Shown here: piece after piece, positions 1 through 11,690 of the stretch
Layout: every line of letters begins with the position of its first letter
Position numbering within the stretch: position 1 is the first letter of the stretch
NCBI RefSeq assembly: GCF_009914755.1
Contig: NC_060936.1
DNA length: 64,000 bases
Reading direction: 5' to 3' (one strand)
From: the human T2T-CHM13v2.0 reference genome, Homo sapiens
The notes under the pieces: generated by a model
The model's input: the letters and a program-made list of their open reading frames with translations, nothing else
What the model was told of the DNA's origin: nothing
Databases searched by the model: none
Translations under genes and position numbers: made by a program

Positions 1-242
1 AAATGAGACTAAACTTCAGCTGAAAGTTTTGCAGGAATTAAAGACAAAAACTGTTAACCTGAGCCAAACCATAAGGACACATGCCCATCTCTTCTCCTTT
101 CCCTATAAAACTCCAATCTGGTTTCAAATCAAGAAGCTACCTGATTTTTAGATGCTCCGGATATGCAACAACTGTATCCTATCTTTGAGTCACTTAAATT
201 ACATTATTTTGATAGCACAGAAATACAGTGATAAGCTGCACC

Positions 243-270
243 AAAAACAACAACAACAACAACAACAAAA
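243..270. repeat. (AAC)n microsatellite
   Basis: aaaaacaacaacaacaacaacaacaaaa read directly. Confidence 0.9.
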
Positions 271-999
271 ATTATTTATCATGTGATCAGTGGCTTACAG
301 AGAAAAGTAAAAAAAACCTCCTTTTCTTCATTTCTACAATAGCAGATGGCTGGTCTTGTGAACAAGTCATTTGCTTGAAATATCTGAAGATGAGAAAAGT
401 TGTACCAATTAAGTCAACCTCCTTCTTTTCATGTGAACTGCAATCTTCTCTATGGCCTACTTCCTGGTGCCAGCACATCCTGTTCTTCCATCCCCATTCC
501 AGACATTACTGGCTTATGGCAAATTTTGGCTGCCTCCTAACTGTCATGTAGAGTCTAAATTTCTAGCCCCGCACCCAAGGGCCCTCTCTAGAATCACAGG
601 AGAGATCTTCAGAACTTATTTTTATTTTATTCTCATTCTGTTAACATCTTTTTCCTGTTTCCTGTGAAACTTTCTCATTTGTCTGCAAAGGATAACCACC
701 AGTTTCTCTTGGATCTCTTTGCTTACTTGTCATCAAAGTGAACTCTATACCATAATCACATTGTGAATTGCACTTAACAAAGATTTCCAAACCCCTATCC
801 TCATAAACATTAATGAGGATCGAGCGCTATGAGGTTTAGAGTAGATTTATCCCCAAGGAAATTTTAAGACAAGAGAAGGTAAGGCAGAAATCACATCCCA
901 GACAAAGGAACAGCACCAGCTAACAGACCAGCACTTAAAAGCCTGCAGCACCCTGCTTAAGAAGTACTCCACTTAGACTTTCCCTCCAAATATTCATAG

Positions 1000-1480
1000 T
1001 GATAAAGGGAGGATAAAGCAGGAAAAGCAAGATGTAGTCATATTTTGGAAGAATCATTATACAGGATTGAGACATTTTCTTATAATTGAATACATGATGA
1101 TAAACCATGAATGTTTTGAAAAGTGGGTAATAAAATCAGGATCCTCATTTGAGAAGATTAATCTCGATGTCATGTACAGAAATGATTGGAAGAGAAAGGT
1201 TCAAGAAGAAAGCAGACCAATTAGAAGCTGTTGAAATTTTAAAAAGGAAAAAACCAAAGGAACATAAAAAATGTAAGACCTTCAAAAGTTGACAACTTTG
1301 ATGTTGAAAGAAAAGGAGAAATGGAATCAAAGATGATTCTGGATGTCGATCCTTAATAACAGAGAGTACGTCAGTGCTAGAGACAGTGATGAAGGAGGAT
1401 GGGGGTAAAAGGCAATATATGATGAAATCATGGGCACTCATACTGGAATCTGAGACTATGGAGAAAAAGTGACTTTTGTA
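1000..1480 (-). mobile_element. L2 LINE fragment (ancient, degraded)
   Basis: Purine-rich strand with ggagaaatggaatcaaagatgattctgg, typical of antisense L2; boundaries approximate. Confidence 0.45.
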
Positions 1481-3873
1481 TTTTTTCTGTAAACTGGCCT
1501 TTCTCCAGAGCCCCATCCATTCTTGGGAATAATTACATGTGCAAAACAGTTTAAAAATTAGTTTGAATCCAGTATCTCTTGGATAAAATATGTTCACATG
1601 ATTAATCCCTGCTTCTGGGAGAGGAGTATGGCTTACTGCCTTTATGGCAAGAAAGAGGAAACACTGACTCCTCTGATTCTTATGGTGTCTTGCTCTTACT
1701 CCTAGGTGGTTCAACAGTGCCCTTTGTCCTCCTGGATTCTGATTGCTTTGCTCTCCTCTGATGCTCAAAGCCTATGACTAACACATCTCAAAGGCCATGG
1801 CCTGGCACAAACACTGCTGCTTGTGAAATTCATATCTCACTACCTTCACCACAAATCTTGCTGTAGAAACCTCAGAGGTCTACCTGCAACCCTTATTTGG
1901 CCCTGGTTGGGGTGCTCCTCCCTTCAATCCTTATTTGGGAATCACTTTATTTCATCAATAGTGACCTTCTTCTGGCAAGATCCTTAGGGAACCAAAGGTG
2001 CCTTAGAAAAGCTACACTTGGGACCACTTTTTTACCTTAACAGGCTACACTGACACATCTTGAAGTCATTCTGCACCAGTGTTTTTCAGAACCCCTGCAA
2101 GTATCTTCCTTCTTCTGAAGTCCGAAATGGAAAATAGGGGTCTCTCTCTGACTTTGCTAGTATTCTCTCTCTTTTTTCCCACATATCTCTTGTCCAGAGC
2201 CCAGAGAAAGGAAAATGTGCACCTATAATTAGTTTTTTCATTCTATGCTCTCTGTCTCTTTCTTCTTTCCAGAATCCACGAGACAAGACTTCACAGAGAG
2301 CAGAGTTATGCTCTTTAAATTATAGAGGAGCTCTGAATTGACTGCTCCAAGATGGATTATTTATTTGCAAATATGAGAAATATAAAAATAATGGAACTCC
2401 TCTCTAGAGAACAGCTAACAATCTGATTTATCATTATGGAGGCAAACCGCCAGAACCAACCTCAACCCCAGGAAGCCTTTCTTTCATCTTACTCATTTAT
2501 CTTTCTCATTTTTATTGTTTGGGTGCTTTCTGTTTGCATTTCTACTGTAACAAATCCTAATCTTCCTCAGGCATATTGCTGCCTCAAGCAAACTAAGACA
2601 ATGGTCTTGTACTGTGAAAGGCAAAATAAAAAGCACATCAATAATTTTTTAAAAACATTACCCCCACTGTACATGTTTAGTTTAAGCTACCTGCAGAACA
2701 TTTAGGAAAGTAAATCCCCCTTCGTAACCTGGAGAGATTTGTTTTCCCTTTTTAACTTAAAGTCTAAGCAACATTCTAGTTTTTATTCAGCCTCTCATTA
2801 TGATTAACCATCACTAATAGAGCTTGGCCATAAACCAGGAGGAGTTTTATATCTTTAAACTCAAATGGTTTAAAGAACACACAGGGTTTCTTGGAAAGTA
2901 TGGTAAGAATTTAATATATCCGATCATAATTTCTGGGTACCACAAGTCCCAAGACAAACCCTTATTTAACAATGGTAATTATCCTGTAGTGCCAGCACTG
3001 TAAAAATCAGCGGAGAACAGAGACAAACAGGTCATCAGATCTGAAAAACTCCTAGAAAAGTCAAAGGAAGAACCACAGAAGAGAAATAAGATAATCAGAT
3101 CACAGCCAAGAGTCAAATATTTCATAAATGCCAAGGTCAAAGCAAACATAGACCTAGGAAGAGATACAACAAAGTCAGAGCCAAAGGGTGCAGGAAGAAG
3201 ACAGACACTGTACTGTCGATTGGGAAACATTTAGGCTGGCAAAAAGTTAAAAATTGCAAAAGGCTAGTAGGCACCAGGGTGAAATAGTTTTAGGAAGCCA
3301 TGGGGATAAGATAAAACTTTAGAATTAAATTTCTAGGTTCCTTTTTCTCATAGGAATGGGTGCTAGGCTGGCCTGTGGGCAGTTGAGAGGCAATGATTAT
3401 TTTTCTTGTGGCTGAGTTTACTTCTGGCATTTGCCCCACACAATAACTACATATTCTAGATCCTAACTGAATGAGTCAGGTTGGACTTTACAGAGAAAAA
3501 ATTGAGATCCAAAGACAGAGAATCCAGAGTGCTACAAATGGGGGTTACTTTTGAGTTGGCAGTACTTTAAGGTGAAGGGAAAATAGAGATGGGATCAGAG
3601 TTCAGCAGAGAATATGGAAGCCTTGGGTGATTGTCTGGAACACTAAGTGGAAACTGGGAGATCCCTCTGGGTCTGATGATTCAAGATATATAGGTGAGTC
3701 AAAGAAAATGTAATGTGGACAGTGTTCAAGCTAGAGCAGTGTGAGTCAGGAATTCAGAGAGATTAACAAGACATCTGTAAGTGGCCTTAGGATAAGGAGA
3801 CTATTACTATTAAGCAGGTTATTATTTCATTTAGAATAATGAAAACAATTGATATCAAAAATGATAAAAGTTT

Positions 3874-4191
<318 letters not shown>

Positions 4192-4318
4192 CTATATGGT
4201 ATGAGAACAGGACAGATTTCACTTATCTAGGCATTTTCAAATCTGTGTATTTCAACAACAGTAGCTCATTAAACTTCTTTTCCATGACAATCAATGTGAA
4301 TTTAAATGTCATCAACAC

Positions 4319-4495
4319 AGCTGGCCATGGCGGTGCATGCCTGTGGTCTCAGCTACTCAGAAAGCTGAGGCAAGAGAAGGATTACTAAGTCCAAGGTTTC
4401 AACGATGTAGTGCACCATGACCATGCCTGCAAATAGCCACTGCACTTCAGCTTAGGAAACACAAGAAGACCAAGTCTCAAAAAAAAAAAAAAAAA
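4319..4495 (+). mobile_element. Monomeric fossil Alu (FAM/FRAM-like)
   Basis: Single monomer retaining the 7SL-like gcctgcaaatagccactgcac segment; A17 tail at 4479-4495. Confidence 0.8.
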
Positions 4496-5149
4496 TGCCA
4501 ACAATAAGCAGTTAAAATCCCTCAAGTTAGCAGAAAGTTAAGTTCTTAATTGACACCTTTAAAGGGTTTGAAAGTATTTCAACATTTGTGTAAATACCGC
4601 TTTTTACTGAGTTACTCTCAAGGACATGAAGTCAGATACTTTCCTCCACATACCTGTTACTTTTTCTTTTCATAAGCCATCATTTTATATAAAATATAGA
4701 GTATTTAATGCCCCCTCATCTAATCAACACCTATCAGTATCTTCTTGATGTATAATATGACAAGCATTCAGTTCAGTGCTGTGAGGGATGTAAAGATATA
4801 TGACATAGGGTCCTTCTCCTGAGGACTTTGGAAAAAATATACTTTTGACTGGGGATGGGAGAGGATTACAGGGTTATGTTGGAGAATTCCATTTCTTCTG
4901 GAAAAAGTGATGTTTGCTAGGACTAACAGCAGGTTTAACAGAAAAGCAAATCACACATCTTCAATAGTAGCAGTTAAAACTTCAAAGTACCAAAACTGTT
5001 TACGTTCACAGGAAAAAGAAGACTAAGAAAACTAATGATCTTCTATATGCAGTTCAAAAGGAGGCCTCTCAAATTACCAAGGTATCATGAGGTGAGGAGA
5101 TATAAAGAGGACTTTATCATTTATCATACTTATCTTTCATGAAAGCTTT

Positions 5150-5325
5150 CATAAATCACAATAATTGTTATCTATTTTATTGTTTATGCAATGCCTACTC
5201 TTCCCATTTGACTGTGAGTCCCAGAAGGGTAGAGACCACATCTGCCTTGTTCATCCTTGCACAACCAAGCCTAAAAAAAATTGGAACATGGTAAATAGCC
5301 AAGAAATATTTATTGAATGAATAGA
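5150..5325 (+). mobile_element. L2 3' end
   Basis: gactgtgagtcccagaagggtagagaccac...tgttcatc...aaatatttattgaatgaata matches the L2 3' terminus pattern. Confidence 0.7.
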
Positions 5326-6569
5326 ATTTGACCTAAATTTCAAGACTGTGAATACGACACGAAGGAGGCCCAGATGAACTCTCAAAGTCCACAGTCGCTG
5401 GGGATTGAGTTAAGAGCAATATCGTGTCTCATTAAGCTTGAGGTCATCCCATATTGAAAGATGCCAAGAGACCAGATTGGTTTCACAACCTCTAGAAGAC
5501 CTTGATCCTTTCCTGATCACCCATGCCAGTGAGCACACAGGGATTTCCTGAAGGACCTTTGAAATAAAGAACATTTCATGGCAGAGGGTCACCCTTGACA
5601 TTCTGCCTCGTGACACTGTAATAAAGCCATTTAGCCAGGCAGCTTCGGAGAGAGGGCTCAGCCCAGACTATTTTCTATGCTGTGACAGATTCAGCTCCTC
5701 CATGGATCAGCATACTCAGGTCAGTGAACACTGCCCTTCAACCTGTTTGAAACATTTTCTAGTTCATTCTTGTTGGGGAATAATTGCATTCTTTCCATTT
5801 TAAATTAGTTTCCCTATTGTGCTTTAACGCTGAGTTTTTATGTAACATTCTAGTAAGATCTTCAGACACCCCAGCAGGGGGTTATATTACACATAAAATT
5901 GTTGCTTAAGTGACATGATTTTTGGACCCCTGCCATTTGGGTATAACTTCTCATTTTTGCCCTTCAAATGAACTGTATATAAATAGACTCAAAATAAACT
6001 CATTATGGAGATGGAAGTTGAACATATGTCTGAAATGTCACAGCATTCTTTGTAGCCACTGTAAGATTGTCTACAGATTACCATTTTTATTTTCAATAAT
6101 AAAACTTTTACTTTGAAGCTAAGTTCTAGAGTTTAAAGCACAGCTCAACAAATTTTTGTTTGATACAGAAACACCATTTTTTAAAGTCTTATTTTCTGCC
6201 AGTGGAGTACCACTGGGAATTTTATAATAGTTAAATGACAAAAATTCATGTCACAACTCTGTTAACACAAATAGCTTTTTCAAGAGTTCAGCAACAATCT
6301 GGCTTTATTTGCCCATATTCAAGTGTCAAAGATAATATAAATCAAACATGTTCTAATGTATATGTGTAGAAAGTCCTCAGTATAAATGTGTTCAACAAAT
6401 AATTGTAAATGGAATCAAACTTTTAGGAAAGAAGAGGAAAATTAAATGTTTGGAATAAAAAATTTGAGCTAAGACCATATAGGCTCCAAGTTCAGACTAC
6501 TGATTAAGCTGTGAGCTATAAACTCATATTAAAAGATGGTTTGGGGTTTAAAGAAACTTACGTTACTCA

Positions 6570-7250
<681 letters not shown>

Positions 7251-7299
7251 TCAAAACTCCATCAAAATAAGACAAGTTTAACTTGAAACTGCACCTGTC

Positions 7300-7742
7300 T
7301 GTACTGGGTTGAATAATATTCCTCAAAATTTATGTCTACCAGGAACTTCAGTGTAGGATCTTTCTGGGAAATAAGGTCTTTGGAGATGTAGTTAGTTAAG
7401 ATGAGGTCATACTGCTTTAGGATGGGCCCTAAACCCAAAGACTGGTGTCCTTAGAAGAAGGTCATATGAAGATTTAGAGAGGCACACAGGGAGGCTATCT
7501 GTGACAATGGAGATAGAGATTGAAGGGATGCATCTACAAGTAAAAGAATGCCATTGGTGGCCAGCAGCCACCAGAAACTGGACATGGAACAGATTCCCTT
7601 CAGATCATCCAGAAGAAGCCAGCCTTGTCAAAACCTTGATTTCAGAATTCTAGCTTCTAGAACTGTGAAAGAATAAATTTCTGCTACTTTAAGGCAAGAA
7701 GTTTGTGGTAATCTGTTATGGCAACCCTAAGAAATTAATATA
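7300..7742 (+). mobile_element. MaLR solo LTR (MLT1B/C-like)
   Basis: Start tgtactgggttgaataat; gttaagatgaggtcatactg; end aataaatttctg...gtttgtggtaatctgttatggcaaccctaagaaattaata. Confidence 0.85.
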
Positions 7743-8870
7743 CCATCCCCTAAAAAAAAAAAAAAAAAGTAGTAGGTAGACAGTTAATCACTTCTCACTT
7801 GTTCCTGACCTACAGACAAATGCAGAAACACAGTCACAGCAGCTCCCCGTAGGGGCTTGGCTTTGTTTTAACTCAGGATATTCATTTTGAAGGAATAGTC
7901 ATAAAATACATTACGCTGAACTATTTAAACTCAACGGGGCATCATTTAATGTTCGACCAAAGGATCCATCTGCTTTCCTTAGGTTAATATTCTGTTAAAG
8001 TATTTGTTCTGGAACTCTGGAAATTTGTGAAGAATTTGAAGTCTCCAGGGAAGCTAAGAGCATTTAGAATGGAACTAATGGTCTGTACATTTCATTGTAT
8101 TTTTACTGCTTCAGCAGCAATGTAGAGGTTAGGCATATTGAGTTGGGGTTAGAAACTAGGGTTAAACACTTAAAAGAATGTCAGGCATTCTGTGCCAAGG
8201 TCACCATTTAGCAATTTCACAAATAACTAAATGGAATGCCAAAAATAGGTTACAATAAAAATCAGGCCAATGAGAAGATAGAAGTGAAGAACTTAAATTA
8301 TTTATTTATTTTAATGATATATCAGACATCTTGTAAGATACCATCTCTCTTCTGGAGAATACTTTATTCTCTACTCCAATTGCAGTCTTCCAGCAATAGA
8401 TTAAATCATGCCATTTCCAGAATGTTTTTAGCCTGTTTTGTTTTCCTAAGATCACTCTCTACTGAATGTTTGCAATGAAGCAAAATAAACTACAAAACAC
8501 TGCAATTTCTATTACATCAATTTATTGACATTAATATTTAGTTTCACTTTGCAAATGCAACCACCTTTGAAGCATGCTTATTGTTCTTTGCTGCATCTTA
8601 TTTCAAGCTAATTTCTATCAATGTAGGTATCTGAGCTTTCGTGGCATATCTAGTTAGATGAAAGAAAAATCACTGAAGTGGCCTACTGCAACAATGAAAT
8701 ACATCCCGGCATTATCTGTGTTAACACTGCCATTTGTACCTCTAAGGGTCTAATTTACTTCAGCAATGTTCCATGAAGGGCATTGGCCAATGTAAAAAAT
8801 CTGTATTGAGGATTATAGTCAAATATATAATTTTAACATATCCAAATGGATGTATGTGTAATTACTGAAT

Positions 8871-10065
8871 CTATAATAACTAATACCATCATATCTTGAA
8901 AGATAGGATTTTCATGCTTATATCTCCAATAAATTGACATGGTTTTCCTTAAGAGTGAATTGATTTTATATTACCGTAACTGGACTAAAATAGACTGAAA
9001 TGTTCTTTGCGATGATTGCCATTAAGTGAAACAAGAATATTAAAATGAGTAGCTAGGCAAGAAAACAGACCTCTTATATCTCTGTAGAATATAGTACTTA
9101 TTTGTTTTGGAATGTAAAGACCAGAATCAGTATCAATTTTCTTGATATAATTCACATACCTAGGTGATTTATGTTTTTCCAATTTGCAGAGAATACAATT
9201 GTTCTTCCATTTCTTCCAGTCTTTCAAGTGCAGCCTGGGTATTTTTTCATCATTTAATAGAGTCTAATTGTTTTTAACCCGCATGTCAATACTGTCCAAA
9301 AGTTTGTTAAAAAACATTCCTTCAGAATTTGGATCTGCTGAATTGAAGAGACCTGATTTCAGCTCCACCAGATGCAGATATGTGTTTTGTTTTCTGGTTA
9401 TCACTGTCATACAGCTTAAAACATGTATGCTTTTCAGAATATAGTTGTCTAGGCAAACTGTCAGATGTATGAAATTCAATATTGGTATATGCAAACACCG
9501 CAAACTTTTCTTTAAGGAGTAGATGGGAGAATATGTTTATAATATTAGGAATCCTAGACTATATTTTCAAGTTATCTGAGCAGCTATGACCCTTAGGTGG
9601 AAGTGTTATATATAATACGTTAAAAACATTTTGCTTTCCTCGCTAATGATTTGTTCCTTTTCAATTCAAATTTGAATAATTTGTCATGTATTATTATTTC
9701 TGTTAAATGTATACTGTATTTAAGATGGATATATTTGGTGGCTGTATTTGTTCTGATATCTTATGATCTAAATTATGAGGTACCAAGATTGTTTCTCTGT
9801 TTATTTTTTCAAATTATGTTTAGAAATACTGTAATAAATATTCAGTAGTGATATAAAATTAAGAATTATATCAAATACAATATAAAAGCCATTACCTATG
9901 AACTGATCCATGCCTCATTTTGTATAAGTTTTATTCTGTGATCTCTTGTTCACTTAATATCTTGTTAAATGCTGATATCTCAGTCTTTCTGAAGCCCTGA
10001 AATGGTAATTTTAGCAGTTCAGAAAATGTCTTTCATTTCAATCAATAAAAAACTTCTGTAAAAAA
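8871..10065 (+). pseudogene. Processed pseudogene of an unidentified gene with 5' inversion (about 8871-9355 antisense, about 9355-10065 sense 3'UTR with poly(A))
   Basis: AATAAA at 10044-10049, A-run from 10060, TSD aattactgaat at 8860-8870 and 10066-10076. The minus strand of about 9169-9355 reads as a decayed C-terminus SGLFNSADPNSEGMFFNKLLDSIDMRVK[frameshift]QLDSIK**KNTQAALERLEEMEEQLYSLQIGKT* (stop 9169-9171; TGATGA consistent with CGA CpG decay). Confidence 0.75.
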
Positions 10066-10068
10066 AAT

Positions 10069-10455
10069 TACTGAATAGACAACTGTTCCACATTTACACT
10101 TATTAAAAACTGACATAAACAAACACAACCTGTACAAAAAATATCCCAAATCCCATGTCACTTTGGAACAGTAATATTGAAAGACATTGTCGCCTAAGAC
10201 CCCCTCTTCCTCTGCCACGGCCATGTCCTCTTCCTCTACTTCTGCCTCAGCTTCTTCCTGCAACAGCTTCCCTTTTCTTAGATTTCACCTTAAGTTCACC
10301 ATCCACAAGTAGTGTATCCAGAGATAAACTGTCTGGTAGAATAAAATATCAATGTTATTTCTTCGAATACTCAGTGTTTCCAGCTGTACAGTTTCTCTGT
10401 TCTTCAGGGTCATTTTCACAGCTTTAAGATGTGTATTCATGCTGACATCCACACC
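10069..10455 (-). pseudogene. SNRPD1: SNRPD1 (Sm D1) processed pseudogene fragment, 5'-truncated, no poly(A)
   Basis: Minus strand translates [35 protein letters not shown][fs ~10350][52 protein letters not shown], i.e. Sm D1 from G31 to the RG tail; internal stop 10247-10249; native stop changed to CAA at 10187-10189; followed by SNRPD1-like 3'UTR; no intron. Confidence 0.93.
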
Positions 10456-11006
10456 ACTGGATCAGTGGGTTCCAGTGGTTAATCTCCCTGAACGGTGATG
10501 GCATCTGAATGAAAATAACTGAACCAAATTGCACTGAAGTTTTTGAAATACCTTTGTAATTACTCAAGCCGTTACTCCCTACACTGACGCAAGGATTACA
10601 GAAACTGATGTCAAGGAGGTGAGTGAGTTCAACTACCTGTTCTGGGGGCCTGGACATAAAAGACTTTGCAAATAGAAAGAGGTGAAAATGAAGAAGAAAG
10701 CTGTATTGAAACAGAAATACAAGTCAAAAGGAACAATTACAAAGAATCATGCAGGAAGGAAAACTAGGTATTGATTTAGAATGGTTGAGTTACATTAAAA
10801 TAAACCAAATATGCTTTGTTAAAGTTTAAATGTGCAGCCACAATTTGAGTATTTTTGGTTTATATGCCCTCAAGTAAAGGAAAAGCTGAAAGAATTAATC
10901 ATATTTGAAAACCATATTTTATTGTATTTTGATTAGATATTAAATTTGCAGTTTTATTATAAATTGTACTGTTATTTTATGACATGAAAACTTATACTAT
11001 AAATTT
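10456..11006 (+). pseudogene. GADD45A: GADD45A processed pseudogene fragment (last 12 codons plus most of the 3'UTR, no poly(A))
   Basis: 10460-10498 encodes [12 protein letters not shown] (GADD45A ends MDQWVPVINLPER); followed by tggcatctgaatgaaaataactgaaccaaattgcactgaag, which I recognise as the GADD45A 3'UTR; similarity stops near 11006. May be the catalogued GADD45AP1 (not verified). Confidence 0.9.
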
Positions 11007-11050
11007 GGACTGCTATAGACTGCTTAGGTCCAACTTCAAGCGGATCTGCA

Positions 11051-11597
11051 TTTTTTTATGTCATATTAAATATTTATTTTCTGCAGACTGACTTCGGAGT
11101 AATTCTTGAGCCAGGAGGGGAGGAATTAGTGTTCAAATTGCTGAGATCTTAGGTCAAAACGCTACAGAAAATAATCACTATGTAAAAAACAGTGACTTAG
11201 AGGCAGTCACCCCTTGCCAGCAATTCCAAGAGTTGAGGCTTCATGCCTCAAGACATAGTGACAAGAGTTGAGTGAACCAGAAATTGAGGCAGTGAAGGTT
11301 TTTACAGGGAAAGAAACAAACTGTGGGTGTATGGGAGAAATGGAAGAGGGTGACAGACTGGGGAAATGATAAAGGCCATTTTGGAAGCCCACAGGGAAGT
11401 GGTCTTGGGAACCTGGAGACACTGGCAGATTCAGAAGGCCAAGGGGATCTAGCTTATACTTTGGAGGCAGGGTGCTGGAAGTGAAGGCAGGTAAGCCATG
11501 TCAAGAGCCTGGGAGGCAGGGGAAAACTGGAAGGGGACCCCAGGTGAAGAAGGGTTTGGGATGGGGTGCAGAAGTCCATGGAGACGACTGGCAGATC
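11051..11597 (-). pseudogene. VPS52: Retrocopied 3'UTR with poly(A), probably from VPS52
   Basis: Minus-strand AATAAA (11073-11078) followed by A7 (11051-11057); abrupt GC-richer, pyrimidine-rich UTR; gatctgcc...ctccatggacttctgcacccc...aagaattactccgaagtcagtctgcagaaaataaatattt matches my recollection of the VPS52 3'UTR. Confidence 0.65.
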
Positions 11598-11600
11598 GAC

Positions 11601-11690
11601 TTTTTGTTTTGTTTTGTTTTTAAATGCAAGTTGACATTTTATTAATATGTTATCATTTCAAACATGTATTAGCATAACTGTTGTGGTTGT
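11601..11690 (-). pseudogene. Candidate short mRNA 3'-end fragment, parent unknown
   Basis: Minus-strand AATAAA (11638-11643) lies 16 nt upstream of an A-rich tail aaaaacaaaacaaaacaaaaa (11601-11621) that abuts the 5' end of the VPS52-like piece. Confidence 0.4.

Noticed and set aside
1145-1768. Longest ORF in the track (207 aa, minus strand)
   Set aside because: Non-ATG start, overlaps a decayed L2, Phe/Ser/Leu-rich composition from a pyrimidine-rich strand, no recognisable domain.
5690-5715. REST/RE1-like ttcagctcctccatggatcagc
   Set aside because: Both half-sites deviate from TTCAGCACC and GGACAG, and the spacing is non-canonical.
10155-10427. 90-aa Pro/Leu-rich ORF (+) and overlapping Glu-rich ORF 10042-10263 (-)
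   Set aside because: They are the antisense and shifted frames of the SNRPD1 RG-repeat remnant, not independent genes.
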